From positions 806,001 through 870,000 of the forward strand of contig MU008182.1 of the NCBI GenBank assembly GCA_010909165.1: DNA of 64,000 bases, written 5' to 3'. This document shows positions 23,311-35,550 of this stretch, piece by piece (position 1 is the stretch's first letter; every line of letters begins with the position of its first letter). The position numbers and the translations under genes are program-made. The DNA comes from Anthoceros angustus. Its lineage: Eukaryota; Plantae; Anthocerotophyta. The notes beneath the pieces are model-generated. The model saw nothing but the letters and a program-made list of their open reading frames with translations, did no database searches and was not told the DNA's origin.

Positions 23311-24322
23311 GTGTTGGAGTGACATGGCTTCCTCGATGAGGAGGAGACATTAGGCATCTCAAGGAATCAAAAGCGTGCCCTCAAAAACATGTTGAGCGCT
23401 CACGTGTGAGTCGAGCCTTGGAGGCGGTGCCAAAGTGGGCGTTCGCTGGTCTTGGCATGAAGGAGACTACAACTTGCGGGTGGAAGGAGTGGATGTTCGC
23501 CAAAGCAAGTTGCAGCAAGGTTTGAGGGAGGCGGTGGGCGGCGTGCTTACCCTCCGTTTGGGGTAACAGAATGTAATGATGCTTATGGGTGGAAGGGATC
23601 GGATAAGCACGGACAAGGAGTGGAGAAACATCGGCGACTTGGTTTTCAAGATATCTGACAAGCGAGTTAATCTTGAGGCGGAAGATCCCTAGGTTGATGG
23701 CCATTGGCATCCTTGTTGAGAAAAAGTTGCCGGTCTGGGTTGGCCTATACGTAAAACTAATGAGGTAAAGGCCTCCAAGCACAAGAAATGTGAGGACATG
23801 GAGAAGGATAAGAAAGTGCACAAGGAGAAGGAGACCCCTGGATCACATGGCCCTATGACGAGGTCACAGAGCAAGGGGAAGGGCAAGAAGGCATGTTGGG
23901 GCGGTGTCCTCGGACTCGAGGACACCGTGATGAGAGGTGGCCGGTGGAGAGCAAGACCCAAATGAGGACTTGCATGCACGGGAGCGTGAGCAAGAATGTA
24001 TTCCCGAAGAGGAGGTTGATGTCATAGCTGCGGCTGAGGAGGACGGAAACCATGCTGTTCCCGGAGCGGAGGATGTAGAACCGGAGACAGGTGCAATGTC
24101 AGGTGGGTTTTCCTTATAGTTTTAGATTCCCTGCGGTTTAAGATTCACTGTGAGTGCTACCCTTAGGTCATGTGCTTTGCTTAGGACCTGCAGGACCTGC
24201 CTTGAGCCCAACTGCTCATTTGGAAGGGTTTGTTCCCTGGTTTTCGCATCCATCACGTTTAACAGGTTTGAGCTTGATTTATGTGAGCTTGCTCTTATTG
24301 ATTGCACAGAGGGAGCAACAAG

Positions 24323-24382
24323 CTGATCACAAAGCATAGTGTACAGAACTACTTAGTTCTGTACACTATGCTTTGTGATCAG
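24323..24382. repeat. Perfect inverted repeat: 28 bp arms, 4 nt loop
   Basis: CTGATCACAAAGCATAGTGTACAGAACT-ACTT-AGTTCTGTACACTATGCTTTGTGATCAG. Confidence 0.97.
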
Positions 24383-24527
24383 AAGCATTGTTCCTAGTAC
24401 ATAAGTTGTTTCATTGTACAAGTTGTCTTATGGTGTTGTAAGTTGTGTTATGGTGTTGTAAGTTGTTGTCTTGTTGTGAGATATTTTGTATGTGTTCCTT
24501 ACCCATTCTCTTTGACGTGTAGGAACA

Positions 24528-26232
24528 ATGCCACCCAAGCCGCCGCGTAAGCATGCTACCCTAACAAAGCAACAAAAGAAAGAGGTTTGCGAATATTATG
24601 TCCAACACTCTTGCACACTTAAGGAGTTGACTAGATGGACAATAGAGAAGTTTTCAATAGCAGCTTCTAAAAGTGCATTGTCTAGGATTGTGAATGACAA
24701 AGACAATGGTTGGACCTCGCCATTGGTCCAACAACTAATATGGCGGTGAATGAGGATAGACCATCAGATGCCCACAAAGTTGACCACGCAGACACGCTTG
24801 GGCTCTTGCAATCCAAGCTCAAGGTGCCACAATTTGATGACTTTCTTCGTGAGATGGCTTCCAAATTCACGAGAGGATTCTCAAGATGAGAGACCAAAAT
24901 GACATACCATAGAGGTTGGGTTGCTCACTGGAAGAAAAGGTATAATTTTAAATCAGTTGTCAGACATGGAGAGGCAGGGAGTGTTGACAATACAGAAGCA
25001 GTGAAGGCAGCTATTAGAGAGCTGCAACTTTAAGTTCTTGATTATGGAGCTGCAAATATTTTTAATATGGATGAGATTGGTCTTTTCTTCAGAGCACCGC
25101 CGAACAGGACACTTGCAACAATGCGTGATGCAGGACGGAAGCAGTTTAAGGACCGGTTGACAACTGGACAGACAACAAATGTTGATGGATCTTGCAAGTT
25201 GCCACCTTTTGTGATTAACAGATATCTTAGGCCTCGTGCTTTTTCCGTCAGGAATGTTCAAAATCCCGAGAATTTGAATATTATCTGGTCTGCAAACCAA
25301 AAGGCATGGATGACAATAGAATTGTTTGAGAAGTTTTTGCTAGATTTTGACCAGAGGATGGTTGCATCAGGGCGGACTAGAGTGTTACTTATAGTGGATA
25401 ATTGTCCGGCATCGGTTTGGTAATGCACTCAATTAAGTTACAAAGGTGGTTTTCTTTCCACCCAATGGACAAGCGTATATCAACCTTTGGACGAGGATCA
25501 TCCGTTCTTTCAAGGCTCGATCGCAAGTTGATGATTTCGTACCAATGCAAACAGATCATAGACAATGCGGCTACAACTATCGATGTATATCAAGCAGTGG
25601 TTATGCTGGTAAAAGCTTGGACTTCATTTGTGAGTCCTCATACCATACGCAATTGTTGGAGGCATAGCACTTTGGATGCGGAATTGCATGCACAAGATGC
25701 TCGGTTCCGTGAGTCTTTGGATCTAAACAGCGCACCATATGATCCAGAGGATCCATTGTCGGATCCTCAAAATCACTCTAATTCGTTGGAAACGCAGGTA
25801 GAAGAGCTACAACAGTCCATGTGAAGCTTAGCATTATTAACATCTGAGGATATGACAGGAATTGCTGATGTTGGATATCCAACGATGACAGCTGAAGAGT
25901 ATCTGAACTTTGAGGAGGATGAAGGATTGGAGACTACGTATATTCCTACAGAGGACGAAATATGGCAAGCATTAATCCCTCCACCTGTCAAGGAGGAGGG
26001 TGAGGAGAATGATACAGCGTCAGTGGAGACCATAGCTCCAAGACCGCGTATGACAAAGCATGCTGTAGATAATGCTATGAGGATAGCGAAGATGTTTTTA
26101 GAAGAGATGCCACATAACACTCTTGATGCTTTGAAGTTGCATTCTCAGTTGGAAAAACATATTGCTAGTCATTGGATGAAAGCAACTCAGCATCGATCAA
26201 GGATCGATGATTATTTTAACCCGGCAAACTAG
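24528..26232 (+). pseudogene. pogo/Tigger (CENP-B HTH + DDE_1) transposase, frameshifted
   Basis: RKHATLTKQQKKEVC; NIFNMDEIGLFFRAPPNRTL; KDRLT; DGSCKLPPFVI; NQKAWMT; VLLIVDNCPA; FFPPN; IDVYQAVVMLVKAW; IRNCWRH. Split over several frames. Confidence 0.9.
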
Positions 26233-26451
26233 AATTAGGTTGGCAGCTATGTACTATGAGGGAGCATTTTGGATTTTTTGGAAGCTTTTAAGCTCTTTCG
26301 AATTTTTGATTTAAAGGTTTTTTGATTTTTTAAATATTTTTATTTAAAAAAAAGATGAAAATGCCTAAACGGGAACCCCTCTAAATGGGACGATTTTTGC
26401 TACTCCTAATTGTTCCCAATTAAAAGGGTCTGACTGTAGTTTGTAGAGATA

Positions 26452-27120
26452 TGTCGCACGAGGTAAGCACTTGAATTCATATAAGCACTTCCTCGACCAA
26501 CAACCAAGCAAACAAATCTAATATGTAGATATATATAGGTGCAACCAATAAAACAACAAGAGGGAGTAGCTCGCATGTCGTGGCACAAACACACTCTCCC
26601 CACGAGAACAACATGCAAATTCCTCACACATCGCTCCTGAGTCATAGCTTTGGCCTCCTCACAACGCCTCACAGACAGATATCTAGAGGACAAGCTATGA
26701 CCTGAGCTTGTCCTCAATGGAAGGGTCTATATATACTAGACCCTAGCATCGGCATATTCCTAAGATATCCTATTGGCATCAGCATATGCCAGAAATATCC
26801 TAAGAATACTATAATATACAAGAAATATGCCAAAGCATATTACTTGAGCTTATCCACTTAGCTATTGTATCCTAAGAATACACTATAATATGCAAGGAAT
26901 ATGCCAAAGCATATTACTTGAGCTTATCCACTTAGCTATTGCTAACCATGTTTAATTAACATAAGCACATTAGATTAATTAGTATTAGTCAATGCTTAAT
27001 TAGCATAAGCACCTTAGATTAATTAACACTAATTACTTACTTACAGATAAGTAATTAGATTAATTAATGCTAATCAAACACTAAACCCAAGTGCAGAGAT
27101 TAGTATCACACGGCATGACA
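26452..27120 (-). mobile_element. Solo LTR, 669 bp, probably Gypsy-type
   Basis: TGTC...GACA termini. 4 bp TSD GATA at 26448-26451 and 27121-27124. TATATA within an AGGGTCTA/TAGACCCT hairpin at ~26722-26744. Internal duplicated blocks. Strand and superfamily are inferred. Confidence 0.7.
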
Positions 27121-27925
27121 GATATGAGATAGAATTGATGTGGTTCAATTTTCATTTTGCTCAAAGCTAAGCTTGAACTACCCGGTCCACTAGGGTCCTA
27201 GCTACGGCCGGGCTCAAACTGTTCTCAAGAGCTCGCTAGCTGGTTGAAGAAGCAATATTATGTTGTTCACAAGAGCTCCTTGGCTGGTTGGAGAAGCAAT
27301 GTTATGTTGCGAGGACCACGTGCGTAGATGAAAAACAGAACATAAAGGCAAGAACACAAATCACATACAAAGTGCGCCTTTCAAGTAATCAATTATCCTA
27401 AGTAAGTTCACCTTTTGTATAGAGCAGTTATAGATAGGCACACCCGCGGTTTGAGAAAATAAAACACACCGAACACAGTAGCCCGAACGTTCTCTCACAC
27501 GCACAAAGCAAATACATCAAATTTGAAGACTTCACAAAGCAAATACATCAAATCTGAAGATTTCCGTTCTTAGAGCATTTTCACCTTTCTTGAAGACAAA
27601 GTCGGTGCAAATCAAGGCGATTCGTTTTCAAGATGAATTTTACGATGACGATTGAAATTGTCCCCAAAAACTGGTTACCACTTTGGTCCAATCGACCTTT
27701 TTTCGGAAATCCTTGGAAACATCCCAGACGCATGCTAAAAGCTGGTAGAAAGTTTCCTCGTATGCACTTGAGGACGTCGGAATCGTTGTGGAAACACGAT
27801 TGGGCGATAATATACACTATGCATACATATGACCGTACATCTCCCCAAGGTGGCCTGCCAATTGACTCAACCCAGAAAACCTAAATACAAACATACATCT
27901 CCCCAAGGTGACCTTCCAAAATGGC

Positions 27926-30900
27926 TCAACTTAGGAGAACCGAAGGTGATGGGAAGGTTGCCACAAAATGGATTCTGTCCAAGCTTCTTGGCCTCCGATA
28001 GGATCTAAGCAACAGAGAAGAGCACACGACGCTGACGGATGACAAAGCCATGGCTAATCCTGCAACCCACGGTGGAAGACGGAATCTTGTGAAAGGGTAC
28101 AACGCGCCAGAAGCCAGAGGGATACCAAGCACATTGTAGCCCAATGCCCACACATAGTTCAGCCTGATTCGCCTGAATGTTTTGCGCGACAAGTCAATAG
28201 CTGTTATAACGTCCTCCAAACTGCTCCGCATTAGAACGATATCCGCTGCCTCGATAGCAATATCGGTACCAGCTCCTATTGCCAATCCCACATCGGCACT
28301 GACCAGTGCGGGAGAATCATTGATACCATCACCCACCATGGCGACAGTGAGGCCTTGGGACTGTACACAGACAAAAATGAACATTATCAAGCAGTTCCGG
28401 ACAAGCATGCGGCAAAAGCCCAGGAACCAGTCTCGGGACAAGCATGCGGCAACACCCACGAGCCAGTCACTGTATATTACCTGCAATTCCTTCACTCTGT
28501 CAGCTTTTCCACCTGGTTGTACTTCAGCCATGACATTGGTTATCCCAACCTCTCTGGCCACGGCATTTGCGGTTCCCCAGTTATCTCCTGTCACCATATG
28601 AACTCTGACACCCATAGATTTGAGAATGCTAACGACAGCAGGAGCTTCTGGCTTGACAGGATCTGAGATCGCTATGGCTCCAACAAGTTCTTTGTTAATT
28701 GCAACCAGCACACCGGTTCTGGCCAGCGCCTCCGTTTCTTGTAGAAAATCATCGGCGTAAAACGTGACATCAATGCCAGCCTCTGATATGAATCTGCGGT
28801 TCCCCACCAACACTTCTTTCCCAGATACCGTGGACCGCACGCCTTGCCCCGGCACATTCTCAAATCCGGCCGCCTCCACTTGCGCTACCACGTCTGAGCC
28901 GACCTCTTTAAGGAGTGCCTTGGAGTACGCCACAATCGCTTTGGCTAAAGGATGTTCACTATTTGACTGAAACGGGGAAGAAATTACAACCAGGGTCATG
29001 AAGAGCGAAGATGAAGCCAAAGCAATCCAGCTACAGACATCCTTTCACTAGAGTTGAAATAGAAAGGATCGTGGAGCACATACCTCAGCAGAAGCTACTG
29101 TCTCATAAAACATTGTCAGCGCAATATTCTTGAATAGCTTTGTGCCTACCACCACCGGTTTGCCTTCTGTCAAAGTTCCGGTTTTGTCAAACACGATGCA
29201 TTGCACCTACAGACCACGATTTCGATGCACTCTGTTACCAGCCTGCAGCCACTTTGCAGCAAAAGGACTTCAGGCATTCTAATGTAACCGACGGATACAC
29301 CAGACTATAATTGTGGTACGCACCTTGTGTGCACCTTCTAAGGCAGTTCCACCTTTAATAAGGACACCCTGTGCGGCGCCCTTCCCTGTGGCGACCATCA
29401 CAGCAGTTGGTGTAGCCAAACCTAATGCACACGGGCACGCAATGACCAATACCGAGATTCCGTATTGAAGTGCCAGCTCAAACTCATCCATAGACGATGG
29501 GATCCAAGACTTTGGGTAAGAGCCAGCCTTCCCAGCTACATACCAACCCAGCCACGTGAAGAATGCAGCCACTACCACCTTCACCACAAGGATAGCTTCG
29601 TTAGTTCCTATTTTATCAACTTTAAGCAAACACAACGATGCCCTGTCTGCTGCAGAGACTTCAACAGATCACGTCGTACACTGATGCAGAAACATGAAAT
29701 GAATATTTTTTGGCAAATCATGCTTACCAGAGGTACAAAATATTTCGAGATTCGATCTGCAAGCTTCTGCACCGGTGCCTTCGCCATCTGCGCTGCCTCC
29801 ACCAACCTCACTATCTGTGATAAAGCTGTCTCTGAACCAACATGGGTGGCCCTTAAAAGAAGCACCCCGTTCTCGTTCATAGTACCGCCTATAACCTTGT
29901 CACCAACCACCTTCTGCACTGGCCTTGGTTCTCCTGTCAGCATACTCTCATTTACATGACTCTGGCCAGCCACCACAACACCATCAGTGGGAACCTTCGC
30001 CCCTGGTACAACTTTGATGATGTCATTGCGTTGTATAAGCTCTGAGCTGATTTCTCGTTGAGACAGAACAGCTCCACTCTCATCCAGGGTGACTAAGGTT
30101 GCTGTATTTGGAGCAAGATCCATCAACTTCGCTATTGCTTCTGAGGTTTTCCCCTTGGCAAGAATCTCCAAGTACTTCCCAAGCAGTATGAAGGAAATAA
30201 GCATGGCACTAGTCTCAAAAAAATCAGTGCCCTTGAAAGTTTGAGAGGTTGCTGCACGAAGAACAGCATAGACAGAATAGAAATAAGCAGCATTTGTACC
30301 AAGGGCGATCAGCACATCCATGTTCGCAGATCCATGGCGGAGTGATTTGTAGGCTCCCACATAGAATCGTCGCCCAATTATAAACTGAACGGGGGTAGAC
30401 AAAAACCACCTCAGAATCTCTCCAATGTTTAACATGTTGACCACCTTCTTATCCAGGCCATGATCAAGTACAGGAATATTCATAAACACCATAAGAAGAA
30501 CAACAGGAACTGTGAAGACACAGCTCCAAAGGAAATCCGTCCAGTAATGCCTTATTTCCTTGCTCCGATCAGGGCCCCCATGTCCTGGTTTCGTATACAA
30601 GCTGGCCTTGTACATAGCAGGAATAGGACCAGTTTGTTCGATGATTTCGATGAAGCACCTAGGCCCAGTTTGGTCTGGATCATACGAGATCACCAAGTTC
30701 TCCCCATTCTCATTTATCTCAACTGACTTCACGCCCTGCAGTGCTTGCAGTGATACCTCAATGACCTTAATCGCATCTTGAGAATGAACACCCTCCAGTT
30801 TCAGCTGAATCTGATTTCTTTCCTCCCCAGCGCTGATAAGCTCGGCCTCGAATCCAAGATCATCAATCATGTCAATTAGCTGTTTCACGTCAGTGAGCCT

Positions 30901-31709
30901 TGAGTCATAATGAATTTCCGCCTGTTCCAGTGCAAGAGCAACGGCAGCTCTTTTAACTCCTGGTGCCTTTTTCAGACCACTTTCAATTGCAGTTGAGCAG
31001 GAGGTACATGTCATTCCTACAATTCGAACACGACAAACAGTAACTCCAACTTGACCTTGACCATCCTCAATAACGGTTGCCCCAAATCCAGCATCTTCGA
31101 TTGCCTCCCGTATCGTCTCTTCCTGTGATGCCAAAGGGCAAACGAAGTTAGAATGACATCACAAGCCATTACTTCAATGCACGGGACCACATCAAGCCAC
31201 ACCATTGGCCAAAACACAGATGAATCTACGCCATCTAACTCCAGAAGTGCCCCATTATCAAGTGCTTCCGAGAAAGCTAACCTCTACAAGCCATCCCGCT
31301 GGCTGCTCACCTGTACAAAAGCGGGGTGGTAGATGACTTGAGCTTTGTCTTGCAACACTGCAACCGTGGCATCCTCGATTCCTGGAAGCCGCTTCACCGC
31401 TTTCTCTATGGAACTAGCACAAGCAGCGCATTCCATTCCTGTGACCTTGAAAGTCACTATGCACTGTTCGGAGGCCTCAATGTCAGCATGCGGAGGTGGC
31501 CCCGAAAACCGAGGCATGGAGGGGTATCGCGGAGTAGCAAAGAGTGGCACCATCTCCGCGCCATCTGCACGAATCTGTCCGAGTGATCTTCCAGACCTGT
31601 CTCGCTGGAGAGACTTGTCTCGTCCTATAGCAAAGTCAACCGCATGACTCCCTAAAGCCATCCTTGGATTTGCCCGCAGCTGAAAGGAAGTTCTGACCAG
31701 CTCCCCCAC
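27926..31709 (-). CDS. HMA5: Copper-transporting P1B-1 ATPase, HMA5 type; six exons: 31709 (or 31661)-31311, 31122-29728, 29578-29324, 29206-29084, 28966-28481, 28360-27926
   Basis: PRYPSMP leader; GMECAAC and GMTCTSC metal-binding motifs; TGE-type A domain; [10 protein letters not shown]; DKTGT; SEHPLA; TGDN; GDGINDSP; YNVLGIP; MALSSVSV. All introns GT-AG and in frame. Confidence 0.95.
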
Positions 31710-33191
31710 CCCGCAAAATTCACGTCAGGGAAATTCCTTCTGCAAAGAGTCGACTGCAAGAGTAAGAATCATCCTCCAGAACACGATACCGCAAACCAGA
31801 ATTGTCAACGGCGTCTCCGATCCTAGAAGCGGCCGTCCACAGTGGAGAGAAAACATCATGCGCTCAATCTTAAGATAGCAGCCAGAGAGGAAATCATGAT
31901 GTCTTCTCCCTTAGAAGATGACGCACGCCGCGTGAGAACCGTGCGCCCCTACCTTTCGCAAAGAGAGATACAGAAGCAAAATCTACTCGCGCAATCCAAA
32001 CAGACAATCCTGTCCTCAATGCACTCAAAATCCCGCCCCTCTTTGCCTTATCCACTACTCACGCCAAGGCACCGAAAATTCCGCAACACTGCGAGACTCC
32101 GATCCAAGCTTGCGTAATTGCCAAGCGGGAAGCGGGCCAGATCAGATCAGACAACGGAATCCAGTCCACTCCATCAATCTCATCTAAGCCGGGCGAAGGT
32201 GAGCAAAGCTCAGGAATTGCTTCTTGGACGAACAGGGACGCTCACACGAATCCCCTCACCTAGCTCAACCGCAACTCAATGTCCTAACCGCAATAAGCTG
32301 GACAGCCGTCGGACAGACGAGCTCATGACATCCAAAACAAGAATGGGCACACCGGCGGTATGAGGAAGCTAACCGCGGGCTGCAGCTGTGCTCCCTGAAA
32401 TTCACAAGAGCTCGCAAGCCACCGGCAGGCGTAGCGTTCTGTTGCGGGGATCGCGTGCGTCGACGAAGGACATGGCCTTAAGGTAGGACACGAAAGGCAG
32501 GCAAAGCGAGCCCGCACCCGTTCATGCTTTCATATCGAAAACTATTTCCGCGCTTCTCGAGTCGGGACGGATGGGCACGTCTCGGTTGAGCCCTAAAACG
32601 TCTGCAGGCAGCACCTTTTACGTGACGGTGAATCAACTCACGACCGGCCTGTGTGGACTACTGCCCCCAATTCAGGCCTCATTTCGCAGCGCTCGTCGAA
32701 GCCTTTCTGGAGGCTTCGACATCACTCGTTCCACCAAGCCCCGCCGACTTGGGGATAACTTGGGGGCGAGCGAAGGCTCCCGGAAATTCTCTTGCCGGCC
32801 ATGGAGTATCTGCTCAACTCGCTGCCCATCGGATCGAGATTTAACCCCGAAACGACGAACCTACTCGAATTGAGTGGGAGTGGGTGCGATTTGGGGTGTG
32901 GGATTTTTTCTATACCGGTTCTTCTTCGTCTCATACCTTTGAGCAGATGTGCCTGACATTAAGGGGAACATGTGGATTTTTGGAGCAGGAAAAGCGGACA
33001 CCAATCTCCATGCCCAAGGATGGATATGGAGGCGAGATTCCTAAAAGATGTCCTAAACCAAGGCTACACGGATGATGACCCAACTCTTGCATCATGGTTA
33101 CTGCAGGAGTGAAAAGAGGGTCACACAATTTTTCTATATTTTGATATGCATACGTAGCTGAAATTCAGCCTAAAACCATGGAAACAGGCTT

Positions 33192-33286
33192 CGTCCTTTA
33201 GGGGTTGAAAGTTGAAAACCAAATCTCCTCTACCACTCATATGTTGGGATGCACAAAAATCAATATACCACTCACAGTCTAAACCA
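33192..33286 (-). pseudogene. Copia protease fragment
   Basis: EWYIDFCASQHMSGRGDLVFNFQPL resembles the Copia W-Y-I-D-S-G-A-S-x-H-M protease motif. Confidence 0.6.
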
Positions 33287-33431
33287 ATAACGGCACTTAA
33301 TACAGCAATTGCAATACTTATGTAGTGGCTGAGCAAGGGAATTCAAAACGAGCCAAAGATACCTATGTAGGCCGCAGGGTGGGCTAAGCTTATGGAAACG
33401 AGGGAACATAACAAATTAAAGATACATAACA

Positions 33432-33670
33432 AATTAAAGATACTTCTATAGAGGCTGGGCTGGTTGGCAATAAGGGTATAGAACGAGAATGCCTAAGCAG
33501 AATGAGAACGAGAATTAAAGATACTTCTATAGAGGCTGGGCTTGTTGGCAACAAGGGCATAGAACGAGAATGCCTAAGCTGAGAACGAGAATTAAAGATA
33601 CTTCTATAGGGGCTGGGATTGTTGGCAACAAGGGTATAGAACCAGAATGCCTAAGCAAAATGAGAACAAG
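33432..33670. repeat. 77-81 bp tandem repeat, 3 copies
   Basis: AATTAAAGATACTTCTATAG at 33432, 33513 and 33590. Confidence 0.9.
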
Positions 33671-35280
33671 AACGCTTACAACTTCTAAGCCCAGAGTCCT
33701 TGAGCTCTCATTTCTGATAGTGTTTGTTATTGTCTTTATCCATCTAATTTCTGATATGTTTGTTGTTGTCTTTATCCATCTAGTTTATGTTATGTTTGTT
33801 GTTGTCGTTATCTATGTACATCCCTGCCTTGCCGAAAGTAAGAGAAGACTTTATTAAGGGGGAGAGATTGAATGAGCCCATCTACCAAAGGACATCATAT
33901 GGAGACCCCAAGGGTCGGAGCAAGAAAGAGCAACACAAGGAGCACCCATTGCTAGAAAAAATGTTACTTATCTTCATTTTTTACTAAAGAATATTTAATT
34001 ACAAATTAATTATTTCAATACCCATTTTGAAGAATCAAATATGCTTCACCTAATGACTTACATAAAAATGATTGAGCCAGTAAGGAAAGGGTTGCCACAC
34101 ACCCTCTATTACAGAACGAATATATTCATAGCTATACTACACTGTCCATGCTATCATAGTTATATTTGGATCACAAGGTGGTATTGAATTGATTACACCT
34201 GAGGTTATGTGATACAAGATATATATTATTGTATTTAATTGCAAGTGGTTTGGTACATAAGAACTTCACATGAGAAATTGTATTTGTATTACTATGATTA
34301 TGTTTGTACTTAGAGATGGTCTCATAAAAAGTGTAAGGTAAAAAGTTTACATTTGTATTACAAGATGGTTTCGCACATAACAACCTTAAAAGGAGTCGAT
34401 GCTGATTTGGTATCCTGCCAAGAATGCTTGGACAACAGCTATATGTTATGTGTACCTATGTATGTAAAACCATCAATTTTTTAATAGTGAAAAAACTTTC
34501 ATAATGGTAAAACTTATATGTAAAACCATCACATACCCAAATTTTTGGGGCTTGAAAGTGTGTAGCGAGCCCCATATTCATGTGTAATGGCATGCCACGG
34601 TTAGATAAATTAGTGCTAGTTCGGGCATACATCATGAGTAAATATTACTTGGTTCGGGCGTACATGTACATCGTGAGTAAATATTATTGCTGGTTCGGGC
34701 GTACATCGTGAGTGAATTTCCGGAAATAGGCCACTCTGAGTTCCTCGGCTAGATATATAACCTCTTCTTCTTTTAACAAATTTGAAGACTTTATAAATAT
34801 TTTAAAGTATACATCAAAGTCCTACATTGGGATTTCATCTAGAGTAACCTACAGGGTGCAAAAAACATGCTTGTGGTTCCGCAGTAGGGGGCCTCGCATG
34901 CTACGGGACGAGAGCAGGATGTTTATACAAATGGCTTGGGCCAAATATACACACATTTATAAGAAAGCTGTTATTTAGCATCTTGTGCTTAGATAGGTAC
35001 TTAGACGGGGTGCCAAAAGGAAGTGGATGCCCTTGGTGCAAGTAGCTCAAGCACACCATGGTATAAAAAGGTATGTACCAAGTCCCATGACAAATTCCAT
35101 CCAAGTGGCATAAAATATATTTTTTCTTGAAACTGGAATGGATAGCACCCATCCAAGCACTTATATCAAAGTAAACTAGAATACACTTCTTCTTCTATGA
35201 AACTGGGATGGATAGTTATAAAGCACCCATCCCTTATTTGTGGAGTTTCAGTGAACTCAAGTTTGGATGTCATTGTAACT

Positions 35281-35550
35281 CCTGAGATCGAGCCCCAAGC
35301 CCTGAGCCCCAGCCCTGAGCCCTGAGCCTGAGCCCTGAGCTGCGTGCCCTGAGCCCTGAGCCCTGAGCCCTGAGCCCTGAGACCTGAGACCTGAGCACCT
35401 GAGCACCTGAGCACCTGAGCACCTGAGCACCTGAGCACCTGAGCACCTGAGCACCTGAGCCCTGAGCCCTGAGCCCTGAGCCCTGAGCCCTGAGCTGAGC
35501 CCTGAGCCCTGAGCCCTGAGCCCTGAGCCCTGAGCCCTGAGCCCTGAGCC
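35281..35550. repeat. Compound simple repeat (CCCTGAG)n-(CACCTGAG)n-(CCCTGAG)n
   Basis: Directly visible. The 7-mer blocks flank a central 8-mer block at ~35395-35460. Confidence 0.97.

Larger units (their letters stand above)
19741..26436 (+). mobile_element. pogo/Tigger-like Tc1-mariner DNA transposon, 6696 bp
   Basis: TIR CAGTCAAACCCCTCTACTTGGGA (19741-19763) versus reverse complement of 26414-26436 CAGTCAGACCCTTTTAATTGGGA (19/23). TA on both sides (19739-19740, 26437-26438). Contains a pogo transposase remnant. Confidence 0.85.

Noticed and set aside
20996-23362. Many ORFs across the satellite, and ORFs over simple repeats at 3659-4091, 5189-5549, 16520-16979, 17624-18006 and 35166-35652
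   Set aside because: They are open only because the repeat unit lacks stops or is a multiple of three; the translations are low-complexity.
27926-31709. Horizontally acquired bacterial copA-type gene
   Set aside because: It has five spliceosomal introns and plant HMA5-specific sequence; this is an ordinary nuclear gene.
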